From IMG/VR virus record IMGVR_UViG_2508501066_000002, positions 1 through 64,000 of that record: a DNA stretch of 64,000 nt; one strand, written 5' to 3'. The notes beneath the pieces are model-generated. The model saw nothing but the letters and a program-made list of their open reading frames with translations. It searched no databases and was not told where the DNA came from. Source of the stretch: a virus. Taxonomy: Duplodnaviria > Caudoviricetes. Both the position numbers and the translations under genes were made by a program. Shown here in pieces: positions 37,580 to 47,703 of the stretch. The first letter of the stretch is position 1. Each line of letters begins with the position of its first letter.

Positions 37580-40214
37580 CTAATACGACAAACCTGCAAC
37601 CTCGACCTTCCGCGTGGGGAATTCGAATTCGATCGGGTAGCCCAAGGCGTCGCTGGAATGCTCAACCCCCATTTCCTTGTCGATCTCTTTCGAACCGTCA
37701 TCCTTGTAGAGCGTCTGTTCCAACGACTGAATGAGATATCGACACGACTTGTCGATGCGAAGACGAACCGTACCATCGGCGGCCCGAAGCTGCCGATTCA
37801 CGGCGTTCACCCGATCCTGAACGAAGGGATGCTTCTTCCGATACTTAATGCGCTTGAAGCCTTTCTCGCGAAAGACGTCGAGCGAGGATTCGCCGCGCGC
37901 GTGCTGCTTGTTGCCGCCGGCGGGGTCGGGGTAGATCGTGACGCGATTGTGATAGCGCCAATAGCGACGCTCGATCTCCTCCGAGACTTCGACCACGTTC
38001 GAGTCGTACTTGACGATCTCGTCGACTACCCATAGTTCGCCGTTTCGCTGCGGCTGCAGCACGACCGACGACATCGGGTTGATGTTGAAGTCCTGTCCAA
38101 TCCAAATCGGCAAATCCGGGTTGAAGGGATAATCGCCGACATGCACGTTGCGATCGAAGGGGTAGTAGACCCGACCGCTCGAACTTTCGAACGAGTTAAA
38201 GTTGTTGGCGCCGGACGCCAGCAGATAACTGTGATCTGGACTATCGACCGTGAGGTTCCACACGGTCTCCTGTACGGGGCGGATGATACGCCGGATCACC
38301 TTGATCCGTAGCAGGCCCAGCTCCTCGATCCAGCGCTCGCCGATCCAGGCATCGAAGTGCGGGAAGGCGTATCCGGCGGTATTGGTCTTGCCGCGATCTA
38401 CATCTCCCAGGAAGCGATGAGCGGCGCCAGAGGTTATGCCCATTGCCTTGCCGATCTCCTTGTAGGTGGCGCCCTCCTCGCGCATCCGAAGGGCAGTCTT
38501 ACGTCGCTGGTCGGCGGCGGTGCGGTAGGCACGCAGATACTTCGCCCACTGCCAGGCAAGCGTCGCCTTGTGCTTGCAGTACAGATACCCCACGTCCTCA
38601 AAAAACCGGATCAGGTTGTCGGCCCCGGACGCAACCCGCAACCAGTACGTCCGGTACTCGCGACCGGTCACGGTAACGCTGGATTCGACACCGAGGTCCA
38701 GCAAAAGACTCTGCAACTGTCTAAAGTAACGAAGCCCGTCAACCCCCTCGCGCTTGCACATGCACAATACGGGCTGTCGTGGAAGGCGGCTCTTGCTGGA
38801 TTTGTCCTTGACGGGGGCCGTGCCTTCCGCACCGAAAAGCGCCGCGATATAGGCGCGCTTTTCGGCGCGCTCCCCGTCCAATATCCATTGCGGCACGCCG
38901 AACTCGATCCTCGTCTTGGCCCCAATGGGCGCGCCGGCGGCCATCATCGCCTCGCAGGCCCGCTTGCCGATCTGCAGTTGGTAGCCGTCATCCCGCCCGG
39001 GGATGTTTTTCTTGCGGCGCACCTGCGCCTTGACCACCAAGCCGAGCAGCGTGCAGTCCTCGAGGATAACCTTCAAATCAGCCTCGACATTGCTGTAGAA
39101 CGCACCCTGCAGGCGCTCGTAGATACTGACCTCGCCCGAGCGCCGCCGATAGCGCTCTTCTTTTCTGACGATGACCCCGTCGCCAGTCAAGTAGCCGACT
39201 AGCGCAGCGAGGCGCTCGTCGTCCGTCGTTAGCCTCTGGTCGGGCGGGGAGAACTCCAAAAAATCAGCGTCGCAGAGTAGAACCGCTTCAGACTTCACAG
39301 TGCACCTTAAACCTATGATGAGCGCTGGCGGAAATGACTTCGCCGGTCTCGAGTGTAACGTCGCAAATGTCTTTCTTGCCGGTTTCGCCAACCGCCTGCA
39401 CTTTGGTCGGCACGCGCTTACCCTCCTCCGTCACATGCACCAGAAGATCGCCGACAAGGACATCGGAAATTTTCTTGGTGCGACCGTTCCACAACAGCAC
39501 GAGTGTGTCGGGAAGATGGCAAGCCATAAATTCCTGACGAAACGATTTCTCATCCATGTCCGCACGCGCCTGCTCGATTTCTTCCAGCGGCACGAAGGGC
39601 GAGGTGGTGGTCGGAAATTGCCAGGAATGCCAGCGCCGATTGCGCCGATTGGTTTCGTTCTGCCCCAGAAGCCAGAGCTTGTAAAGCAGATTGAAGCCCT
39701 TCGGGGAGCCGATAAAGATCGCGTGCCCGCCCGTGGTGGCAAGCGTCGGGCGCAAGACTTTCGTCCAGACCTCTTCCCGCATGTCCTGCACTTCGTCCAG
39801 AACGATGAAGTGCAAACCGACGCCTCTCAGCGTATCCGGACTGTCCGCGCCTTTGAGCTCGATCGTTGTTCCGTTGATCAGCCACAAAGTCATCGTGGTC
39901 TCGTTCGGCTGCCGACGCATCCAACGTCTCGGGATGGTGTCGAGCATGTCGTACCACATGATCTGCTTCGCCATCCGATAGGTGGGCGCCACGTACCAAA
40001 TCTTCCGCCTAGGAAGATGCGCCTTGTCGATGATGGCGGCCTTCGACACGGTCGATTTTCCCCAGCGTCGGCCGGCTGCGACTACCCGAAATCGCGCCGG
40101 ATTGGAAAAGACCTCGAATTGACCGGGATGCAGACGAATCGGCACGCGCTCGGCGTAGGGGCTGACGATCTTGCGTTCGGGAATCTGGATCTTGAGATCC
40201 GACGGCAAAATCAC
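37580..40214 (-). CDS. terL: terminase large subunit with intein, split over two frames (39288-40214 and 37580-39298)
   Basis: AGRRWGKS, LRG, LDEVQD, GSPKG in ORF1; GQDFN, YPDPAG, HSSDALGY in ORF2. Confidence 0.92.
38195..39521 (-). mobile_element. intein with LAGLIDADG endonuclease in terL
   Basis: EFMA|CHLPDT...ASAHHRF; GYLTGDG and AALFGAEG; VWNLTV...NNFN|SFES; 1327 nt (3n+1). Confidence 0.9.
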
Positions 40215-40888
40215 GCAGAAAGATCTCCGTCGTTCGGGTCGGCGCTGTCGTCGAGAGCGGGCTTGGTTTCAACGAGATCGAACGTCTCGGCTTCGAGCCG
40301 CTGCTGCTCGCGCACTGCCTCGACCTGTTCGGGCGTCAGCTTCTCGACGGTCAGAACCGGCAGATCGCTTTGCGCGTCGTATTCGTAGTCGCGCACCCCT
40401 AGTGCCAAAAGCCGTCCGTGCGTACAGAGCCTCAAGGTTTCCGCCATCTTGTTGAGCGCCTTCATGTCCTTCTCGCAGGCGGCGATGACGCCCGGCGACA
40501 CAACGCCGCCGGCATCGTGTACGGCCTTGGTGATGACCGCCATGCCCGCGCGCTGCAGCGCCTCGAAATTCTTGTAGGAGTCCTCGCGCGTCTGTCGAAG
40601 CTTTTGGGCGATCTCGATCTCGTCGAAGGCGATGTTCCGACGCGCTTCGAGCCGTTTTAATTCCTGCTCCGCAGCGAGTTCGGCAACCCGCTCGGCAATG
40701 ATGCCCTGCACCTTGTCGCGCATTTTCTCGATGCGCTCTTCGATTGCCTTGGGGTCGATTTGATAGGTCTCCGCGACCTTTTCGAGATCGAAGTTCTCAA
40801 CCAGGATGAGCTGGCAGATTTGATCGAAGACTTCGACCGAGATGGCGTTTTTGCCGGATTTTTTGGATTTGGTGGATTTCGCGGCCAC
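40211..40888 (-). CDS. probable terminase small subunit
   Basis: overlaps the terL start; N-terminal HTH-like and helical body. Confidence 0.6.
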   Translation of the reverse strand: MAAKSTKSKKSGKNAISVEVFDQICQLILVENFDLEKVAETYQIDPKAIEERIEKMRDKVQGIIAERVAELAAEQELKRLEARRNIAFDEIEIAQKLRQTREDSYKNFEALQRAGMAVITKAVHDAGGVVSPGVIAACEKDMKALNKMAETLRLCTHGRLLALGVRDYEYDAQSDLPVLTVEKLTPEQVEAVREQQRLEAETFDLVETKPALDDSADPNDGDLSA

Positions 40889-41040
40889 GGATTTCACGCC
40901 GCCTGAAAAATCGGGGCGGAAAAGGAGGAAAACCGCCCCATCCGAGTGCGAGGTAAACAAACAAGAACAAAATCTGCGTTCATTATAGGCCGCCTTATCG
41001 AAAAAATCAAGTCACCGACGATTTATATTTCCCTCTTGAC

Positions 41041-41120
41041 GGTTGCCTGCGTCACGTGTAGTTAATTTAATAATATATATTTATATAACTTGAAATTAAC
41101 TACAGGTGAACGAGGCAACC
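41041..41120. repeat. 80-bp imperfect inverted repeat with AT-rich centre
   Basis: GGTTGCCT..TCAC.TGTAGTTAATTT...AAATTAACTACA.GTGA..AGGCAACC. Confidence 0.8.
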
Positions 41121-41125
41121 TAAAG

Positions 41126-41410
41126 TCAGAACTGAATCATTCTGATCGAGCGGTAGCCTTTCGGAGTTAAGCAAAAAGTGATTCGTTTGGCGCCGCGTCG
41201 GATTTCCAAGCCCTTCTTTTCGATCAAGCCTCGTTTTATGAGCGCGCGGATCGAAAACTGCATCGACTGTTTCGAGGGTCGGTAACTCAAGCGCTCCAAA
41301 AGCTGATCGAGATCGATGAACGATTCGTCCGGATTGCCGCGACGGATCAGTCTCAAAATCTCCATCTGCTTCGCGGTGAGTCTGAGTTCGTCAGAAGCAA
41401 AACGGTCCAT
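41126..41410 (-). CDS. winged-helix DNA-binding protein
   Basis: LTAKQMEIL...SIRALIKRGLIEK...LTPKG. Confidence 0.8.
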   Translation of the reverse strand: MDRFASDELRLTAKQMEILRLIRRGNPDESFIDLDQLLERLSYRPSKQSMQFSIRALIKRGLIEKKGLEIRRGAKRITFCLTPKGYRSIRMIQF

Positions 41411-41551
41411 TGTCTCCCTCGTCACGAATCACGTTGCGGCACTCGCGGACGATGTAAAACACCAGCCCGATCAGGGCCGCGATCATCAAAGTGTCTCCAA
41501 AACGCATCAGAAGCTCTGTAACGCTCGGGTTGTAAATTGGGCTATCTGTCA

Positions 41552-42838
41552 TCATGTTTTTCGTTTTCGTGTCTTCTTGACGCTCTCAGACGTCTTGGCA
41601 GCGTCTTTTTGAAGTGCTGAAAGCGTGTCTTTTTCTGCTTTCTTCAAAGCGCGTTTCCAAAGACGTTCTTGAGCGCGTTCTTCCGGGGTTTTCGCCGGTC
41701 GCTCGGGTTTGGGCTTTCGTCCCTTCTTCGGCTTGACGTAAGGCTCCACTGGCGGCAGCGGCGAACCATCGCCGACGTACTCGAACGACGCCGTCGCGCG
41801 GGCCGCGGAGGTCATGAGCTTGCCGTTCTTGCCCTTGGTCGGGACTCGGCCGGGCGGCCGGATGGTGACCCACTTGGGCGAACGCGTGCGGTGGGCGATC
41901 ATCGCCGGGTGCGAGGTCACGCTTGAATAGCGCTTGCCTTGCGCCAGAAAGTAATCGCCGACCGCCTCCGAAATCGCGTTGCCAAGTCCGATTCCCTGAT
42001 AATCCGGCAATACCACGGTGCGATGACCGCGCCACATATTCTTGACGTGCGGATGGGGAAACGGCATGGCGGCGCAAAATCCCACCGGCGTTCCGTCGAG
42101 AAGCGCCACGAAACAGGTTGCCGATCGGTTGCAGTCGGCGCTCAAATAGTGATGACCCTTGAATAAGTGCCAAGCCTTTGGATGTACGCGGCATAATTCG
42201 ATTTCGATCGGAGGTCGCCGAAGACGCCCCCGTTTGAAGTCCCCGGTATCGACGTGGTAAACCCAGTCGGGCTCCAGCCAGTCGATGATGTCGTCATGAC
42301 AGGAGATCGCCACCAGGCGCTTCTTTTGGCGGCGAACGAGTTTTTGGACGGCGGCCGAGCAGATCTTGGCGACCTGGCGATCGACCACCGACGTGAATTC
42401 GTCGATCAGGACGAGCTCTTTGGATTCGAGAATCAGTCTGGCGACAGTGGCTCTGAATTTCTGTCCGTTGGAAAGAGCGGAATAGGGCAGAAGCCAGGAG
42501 GGGGCCGAGGAAAAGCCGACCTGCGACAAAGCGCCGGTGATTTCGGTCACCGTCAGAGATTCCGCGAAGTCGTCGACCAGGGACGGCGCCGACCAGCTCA
42601 ACCCCTGAAGCCCGTCGAAATAGGCGGCGTTCGGAAAGGCGCGTTTCGCGATCGTGGTTTTCCCGGACCCGGACGGCCCGACGATGAGGCCGATCTCCCA
42701 ATCGAAGTCCTCGATCGGCAGATTGACGTCCCAGGTCTTTCTGAGCTTTTCCGAGACCGGCACGTCGAACATGCCGGCCACCGCCTCGGTGCGGAAGCTC
42801 GGGACGTATCGAGTCTCGACGGTATGCTGGAAGCGCAT
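41552..42838 (-). CDS. ABC-type ATPase fused to GNAT acetyltransferase
   Basis: GPSGSGKT, LSNGQ, IDEFTS, SCH; then HHYL...RTVVLPDYQGIGLG. Confidence 0.88.
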   Translation of the reverse strand: MRFQHTVETRYVPSFRTEAVAGMFDVPVSEKLRKTWDVNLPIEDFDWEIGLIVGPSGSGKTTIAKRAFPNAAYFDGLQGLSWSAPSLVDDFAESLTVTEITGALSQVGFSSAPSWLLPYSALSNGQKFRATVARLILESKELVLIDEFTSVVDRQVAKICSAAVQKLVRRQKKRLVAISCHDDIIDWLEPDWVYHVDTGDFKRGRLRRPPIEIELCRVHPKAWHLFKGHHYLSADCNRSATCFVALLDGTPVGFCAAMPFPHPHVKNMWRGHRTVVLPDYQGIGLGNAISEAVGDYFLAQGKRYSSVTSHPAMIAHRTRSPKWVTIRPPGRVPTKGKNGKLMTSAARATASFEYVGDGSPLPPVEPYVKPKKGRKPKPERPAKTPEERAQERLWKRALKKAEKDTLSALQKDAAKTSESVKKTRKRKT

Positions 42839-43212
42839 TAGCCGAATAGGTTCTTGACGAACGGCAAACCCACTACCCAGCGCTCGACCGGACTCATCTG
42901 CGACTTGGCGTGTTCGATGACGGTTCTGACGTACCACTCGTAGCACACGAATTGAGCAAAAGCGTGATCGTAGGCTCGGCTTTCGAGGCTGGGCAGTTCG
43001 TTACACTCTTCGCCATTCGGGAAGTCGACGGTGTGCGAGAACCCGGTAAACACAGCGCCGTTGTCGATTTCCAGAATACAGACGACCATCGGGCGTTCGG
43101 TGCCGTCGACGTCATGGGTCAAGGTTTCGGTTTTGAAGCGGGTCGCGACGATCTTTTTGCGAACTTCGTCGGTGAATTCTTTCGGGATGACTTTAAATTT
43201 ATGATGACTCAT
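42838..43212 (-). CDS. phage gp49/gp66-like protein
   Basis: VVCILEIDNGAVFTGFS...RAYDHAF...YEWY. Confidence 0.55.
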   Translation of the reverse strand: MSHHKFKVIPKEFTDEVRKKIVATRFKTETLTHDVDGTERPMVVCILEIDNGAVFTGFSHTVDFPNGEECNELPSLESRAYDHAFAQFVCYEWYVRTVIEHAKSQMSPVERWVVGLPFVKNLFG

Positions 43213-43220
43213 GGTATTTC

Positions 43221-43874
43221 CTAGATGGTTTGAACGCGGCATTCGTAGCCATCCTGCGTAATGCGTTCGTAGACTGCCCGCTGATCGTCTTCGTCCTTGC
43301 ACATGACGACGATTTGATAGATCGGTTTATATTCCTTATCGCGAGCTTTGATTTCGTCGATCGTCGGCGTCTTGGCGAGCTCCTTTTCTGGCTCGGCAGT
43401 GCTTTCGGCAGGCGTTTCGTCGAGTTTCAGATTCGTATCGAGATTGCCGAACGTCTTCATCCAGGCGTCGGCTTCGGTCTCGGAAAAGCCGAGATCGGAC
43501 AGCGAGATATTGGCCTGGGTGAGCTCCAGAATCTGGGCGTTCAGAAGATCCTCGTCGTAAGAACCGCGGGCCGCGATCTTGTTGTCGAAGATGCGGAGCT
43601 CCTGCTTCTGCTCTTCGGTGAGACCCCGCAGAACCAGGACGCGAACTTGTTTTAAGCCCGCCTTGATCGCTGCGAGACGCCGGCAGTGACCGCCGATGAT
43701 GACGCCGTTCTCGTCGATCTTGATGGGGTCTTGGAAGCCATTCTTCTTGATCTTCTCGGCAAGCGCCGCGACTTTTTCTTCGTCGTGGATCTTGGCGTTC
43801 TTTTCGTATGGAATGATCTTGTCGAGCGGCCAAAGCTCGATTTGTTCGTCAACAATGGTGATTTGATCGCTCAT
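43221..43874 (-). CDS. ParB/Srx N-terminal-domain protein
   Basis: IPYEKNAKIH...GFQDPI...IIGGHCRRLAA...RIFDNK. Confidence 0.88.
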   Translation of the reverse strand: MSDQITIVDEQIELWPLDKIIPYEKNAKIHDEEKVAALAEKIKKNGFQDPIKIDENGVIIGGHCRRLAAIKAGLKQVRVLVLRGLTEEQKQELRIFDNKIAARGSYDEDLLNAQILELTQANISLSDLGFSETEADAWMKTFGNLDTNLKLDETPAESTAEPEKELAKTPTIDEIKARDKEYKPIYQIVVMCKDEDDQRAVYERITQDGYECRVQTI

Positions 43875-44038
43875 GCAGCGTGCCTCGTGAAATGCAGGGG
43901 TTTTTCGGCGTCCCGGCAGACGGTCTCCAGATCGAGGTCGAATTCCTTCTCCTCGAACAATTCGCCACAGTCGCAGTCTTCGCAGGTATCAGTGCGGCGA
44001 TGGGCGCAATCTCGGCATTCGTCAAACTTGTCTGTCAC
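43871..44038 (-). CDS. small Cys-rich protein (55 aa, below ORF-track cutoff)
   Basis: VTDKFDECRDCAHRRTDTCEDCDCGELF..., overlaps both ParB-N genes. Confidence 0.55.
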   Translation of the reverse strand: MTDKFDECRDCAHRRTDTCEDCDCGELFEEKEFDLDLETVCRDAEKPLHFTRHAA

Positions 44039-44690
44039 GGCGCTCTCGGCAAATCAGAATCAGGGCATCCCCGGCATTGGTCTGCGAGTCGGACCCGGTA
44101 AGGCCCTTTGCCACCATGACCTCCTGAATGACGTCCTCGATCAGTTGGGCGTCCTCGATCGGCACCTTGAATCGCAAGACGCGATAGGCGCTTTTGTTGG
44201 GCTCTTTGGGCAGTTTCGGGAGATCTTCGTCGAGCTTCAGGGGCAGATCTTCGTCGAGCTCTTTGAGGTCGACCTTGGCGGATGCCAGGAAAACGTCGAT
44301 CTCGGTGTCGCTGTAGGGTAGAAAGGAGGTCAGGACGCGAGGGTCGGGCAGGGAGCTAAAAAGATCCGACAGCTTGACCGCGTCATCGAAGCCATAACGA
44401 CCGTTGTCGGCCAAGGAGATTTCCTTCGCCTTTTCGTCGTCGATGCGCCCCAAATTGATGATCGGAACGGTTTCGAAACCCTTACGCTGAGCGATCTTGG
44501 CGCGATGGGCGCCGCCTAGGATTTCCAGCGTGCCGTCGTCGAGCTCGCGAACGACGATGGGCCTGAAGAAATCGAGACGTTCGAGCGAGGCTTCAAGCTT
44601 GGCCTCGTTCTCGGGCGATACATAGTTGGGATTCCAGTTATTGGGCTTTAGAAGCCCTGGCGAAACGTGTTCAAGCTGTAGCGTATCCAT
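44022..44690 (-). CDS. ParB/Srx N-terminal-domain protein
   Basis: PNNWNPN...PIVVR...ILGGAHR...LADNGRYG. Confidence 0.88.
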   Translation of the reverse strand: MDTLQLEHVSPGLLKPNNWNPNYVSPENEAKLEASLERLDFFRPIVVRELDDGTLEILGGAHRAKIAQRKGFETVPIINLGRIDDEKAKEISLADNGRYGFDDAVKLSDLFSSLPDPRVLTSFLPYSDTEIDVFLASAKVDLKELDEDLPLKLDEDLPKLPKEPNKSAYRVLRFKVPIEDAQLIEDVIQEVMVAKGLTGSDSQTNAGDALILICRERRDRQV

Positions 44691-44776
44691 TAAAAGTTGT
44701 GTATTGTAAGACTTATAAATAAGTAATTGGTGACTGACAATAGCTATACCTGAATTTTGAGCATTTGGCAAGCCCT

Positions 44777-47389
44777 ATGTCGTCTATCGTTCAGATTTTA
44801 CACAACCCGGTCGTCGCGAAGCTGAAGCATGCCGACCGTGAAGCGCAACTTGCAGTATCTGAACTTCTAAGCTACGTCGTATCGGGGGCCGAGTTCACCA
44901 ATCGCTTTCGGGATCGCAATTGGGACGGACGGCAGACGCTGTTCGACTTCGCGACCGGCAAATTTCCCGCAGGCTTCGTGCCGCGCGTGATGCACCATCT
45001 GCAAAAGCTCGGCTACACGGTGCAGTCTCTGTGCGCACCTCTGCCGGCCCCTCTGGGGCTCGAAGGCGACGCGCTCGAAAATTTCGACGGACTGGGCGGC
45101 GATACACGCTACGAATATCAGAAAAGAACCGTCGATGAGTTGGAAAAACGCGGGCGGCTGATCGCGATGCTCGCCACCGGCTGTCACGCCAAAGGCACAA
45201 AGATTTTGATGTTTGACGGATCGTTAAAAAACGTCGAAGACATCAAAGTTGGCGATGTATTGATGGGTCCGGACAGCAAATCCAGAAACGTACTGCGTCT
45301 TTATCGCGGCAGGGAAGAAATGTTCAAAATTATTCCCACGAAGGGCGATTCGTATGTCGTCAATCGATCACACGTTTTATCGCTTCGTATGACGGGTCTT
45401 AGGGGGCGCAAAGTCGACGGATATGAAGATGGGGAAATCGTAAACATTTCAGTAAACGATTATTTGCAAAAGGGAAAAACATTCAAACATTGCGCAAAAG
45501 GATGGCGAACGGGTGTCGAATTCCCACACGTTGATCTTCCGAAAGCTCTTTCACCCTATCAGCTCGGTGTTTGGCTTGGAGACGAAAGTAAAGACGCTTC
45601 TGCCATTACGTCGATCGACAAAGGAAAGGTTCCAAATCATGTTCTTCGCGAATTAAAAAATCAAAATTTATTGTTCAACAAGCACATACCAAGCATCTAC
45701 AAGGTCAACTCCAGTCAGAATCGACTGGAACTCTTAGCGGGACTCATTGATACGGATGGCTATCTTCATCATGGGTTTGTTGAAATCGTTACCAAATACG
45801 AAGTATTAGCAAACGATATTGCGTTTTTAGCAAGATCGCTTGGCTTTGCCGCCTACATAAAGCAAACAAAGAAGAGCATCAAATCAACGGGCTTTTGCGG
45901 GAATTACTGGAGAATCAGCATTTTCGGCGATCTTGATCAAATCCCATGCCGAGTCAAACGTCATCAAGCTCAAGAAAGACGGCAAGTCAAAAATGTTCTA
46001 AACGTTGGAATTCGTGTTGAATCTGTAGGAGAGGGTGATTACTACGGATTTGAAGTTGATGGGGATCATTTGTACGTCATGGGTGATTTTACCGTCACGC
46101 ACAACTCCGGCAAATCGCGCGTAGCGTCAATGGCTTACGCACGCATCAAACGCCCGACGCTGTTTTTGACCACTCGGAGCGTTCTGATGTATCAGATCAA
46201 GAAACGTTTCGAAAAAGATCATAACATTCGCGTTGGCGTACTTGGCGACGGTGAATGGAGCCCAACAAATGAAATAAATGTCGGTATGGTTCAAACACTC
46301 GCGCCTTTGCTGACCCCGCTCGATGTCGAGGTCGAAATCGCGCGCTGGAATCGATCCTGGAAAGATGGCATTGTCAAAAAGCTCGCCGAGCGGCGCGACG
46401 CGCTCATCAAAGCCAAGATGATGCCGGCCGAGGTTGAGAAGATTCTGGCTAAAGAGCTAAAAGCCTATCGGGATCAAAAGCCCGATCCGGATCAAATTCG
46501 AAGGTCTGTCACGGCCCGCGTCGAGCAGCACAACAAGCGGCATCGGCAGACGCTCGACCTGCTTTCGAAATTTGAATTCGTGATCGGCGAAGAAGCGCAC
46601 GAAGCGGGCGGCGATGGCTATTACAACGTCATTCAGGCGTGCAAGAACGCTTATTATCGATTGGCACTGACCGCGACCCCCTTCATGCGGTCGGATGGCG
46701 AAGACAACATGCGGCTGATGGCGGCGTTCGGCGAGATCGGCATTCGGGTCACCGAAAAGCGGTTGATCGACGCCGGCATTCTGGCAAAGCCCTATTTCAA
46801 ATACGTCGACACCGAGCGCCCCAAGAATCTCTACAGAACCACCGGCTGGCAGCGAGCCTACAAATACGGCATCGTCGAAAATCCGCACCGCAACGGCGTC
46901 ATCATCAACGAAGCGCTACGGGCCAAGCAATACGGTCTTCCGACTTTAATTCTGGTTCAGCACACGCGGCATGGCGAGCTCTTGAAGAAAGCTTTGAAAC
47001 AAGCCGGGGCGACGGTGGAGTTCATTCACGGCGCACACGAGCAGAGGGAACGCGAGCATTGTCTGAATGCACTCGCCTGCCGCAAGCTCGACATTCTGAT
47101 CGGGTCCACCATACTTGACGTGGGTGTCGACGTACCGGCTGTCGGCGTCATCATTCTGGCCGGCGGCGGCAAGGCCGAAGTCGCCTTGAGACAGCGGATC
47201 GGGCGAGGTCTTCGTGCCAAGAAAAACGGCCCCAACGTTGCGTTCATCTTGGATTTCGTCGATTCCGAAAACGAACATCTCCGGAATCACGGCAAGCAAC
47301 GTCGCGCCATCGTTCAGCAAACGCCCGGGTTCGCCGAGGGCATCCTGGCGCCGGGTCAGGATTTCGATTATTCCATTTTTGGGAAATAG
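44777..47389 (+). CDS. SF2 (DEAH-like) helicase with intein
   Basis: YEYQ, ATG|SGKS, EEAHE, LTATP, GVDVP, QRIGRGLR. Confidence 0.92.
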   Translation: MSSIVQILHNPVVAKLKHADREAQLAVSELLSYVVSGAEFTNRFRDRNWDGRQTLFDFATGKFPAGFVPRVMHHLQKLGYTVQSLCAPLPAPLGLEGDALENFDGLGGDTRYEYQKRTVDELEKRGRLIAMLATGCHAKGTKILMFDGSLKNVEDIKVGDVLMGPDSKSRNVLRLYRGREEMFKIIPTKGDSYVVNRSHVLSLRMTGLRGRKVDGYEDGEIVNISVNDYLQKGKTFKHCAKGWRTGVEFPHVDLPKALSPYQLGVWLGDESKDASAITSIDKGKVPNHVLRELKNQNLLFNKHIPSIYKVNSSQNRLELLAGLIDTDGYLHHGFVEIVTKYEVLANDIAFLARSLGFAAYIKQTKKSIKSTGFCGNYWRISIFGDLDQIPCRVKRHQAQERRQVKNVLNVGIRVESVGEGDYYGFEVDGDHLYVMGDFTVTHNSGKSRVASMAYARIKRPTLFLTTRSVLMYQIKKRFEKDHNIRVGVLGDGEWSPTNEINVGMVQTLAPLLTPLDVEVEIARWNRSWKDGIVKKLAERRDALIKAKMMPAEVEKILAKELKAYRDQKPDPDQIRRSVTARVEQHNKRHRQTLDLLSKFEFVIGEEAHEAGGDGYYNVIQACKNAYYRLALTATPFMRSDGEDNMRLMAAFGEIGIRVTEKRLIDAGILAKPYFKYVDTERPKNLYRTTGWQRAYKYGIVENPHRNGVIINEALRAKQYGLPTLILVQHTRHGELLKKALKQAGATVEFIHGAHEQREREHCLNALACRKLDILIGSTILDVGVDVPAVGVIILAGGGKAEVALRQRIGRGLRAKKNGPNVAFILDFVDSENEHLRNHGKQRRAIVQQTPGFAEGILAPGQDFDYSIFGK
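45182..46105 (+). mobile_element. intein (308 aa) in helicase Walker A
   Basis: G|CHAKGT...NRSH...LAGLIDTDG...YYGFEV...VTHN|S; lower GC than the host gene. Confidence 0.92.
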
Positions 47390-47391
47390 CC

Positions 47392-47631
47392 ATGCACGAT
47401 CTAAATATCACGACGCAAGACATTTTGATGGGACTGATGATTATCGGATTCATTGTCCACAGTATCTATACGACGTGCAGTCTCAAATCGTTGACCGTCG
47501 CGATTATCGACGTGCTCGCGGAACCGGTGAATGAATCGGGTCAGAATGAATCGGGTCAGTCCGAGCCGAGTTCGATCGGGAGTGAATACGGCGACACACA
47601 AGCGGGATTTGTTGTTGACGGCGATGTATAG
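47392..47631 (+). CDS. small membrane protein
   Basis: one TM segment, acidic tail. Confidence 0.45.
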   Translation: MHDLNITTQDILMGLMIIGFIVHSIYTTCSLKSLTVAIIDVLAEPVNESGQNESGQSEPSSIGSEYGDTQAGFVVDGDV

Positions 47632-47703
47632 TCACGAATGACTTGTTATTGTATACTATTGTATACTATATGCTGATATTCGATACAAGCGTAGGGGTGC
47701 AAT

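Noticed and set aside
41552-42838. ABC transporter
   Set aside because: No transmembrane partner, and the ATPase is fused to a GNAT domain
43221-44690. Plasmid partition system
   Set aside because: Only ParB/Srx N-terminal domains, no clear HTH, no ParA, and the context is the terminase operon
47532-47559. 15-bp tandem duplication (also short ones near 54950 and 62881)
   Set aside because: Simple slippage duplications with no further structure
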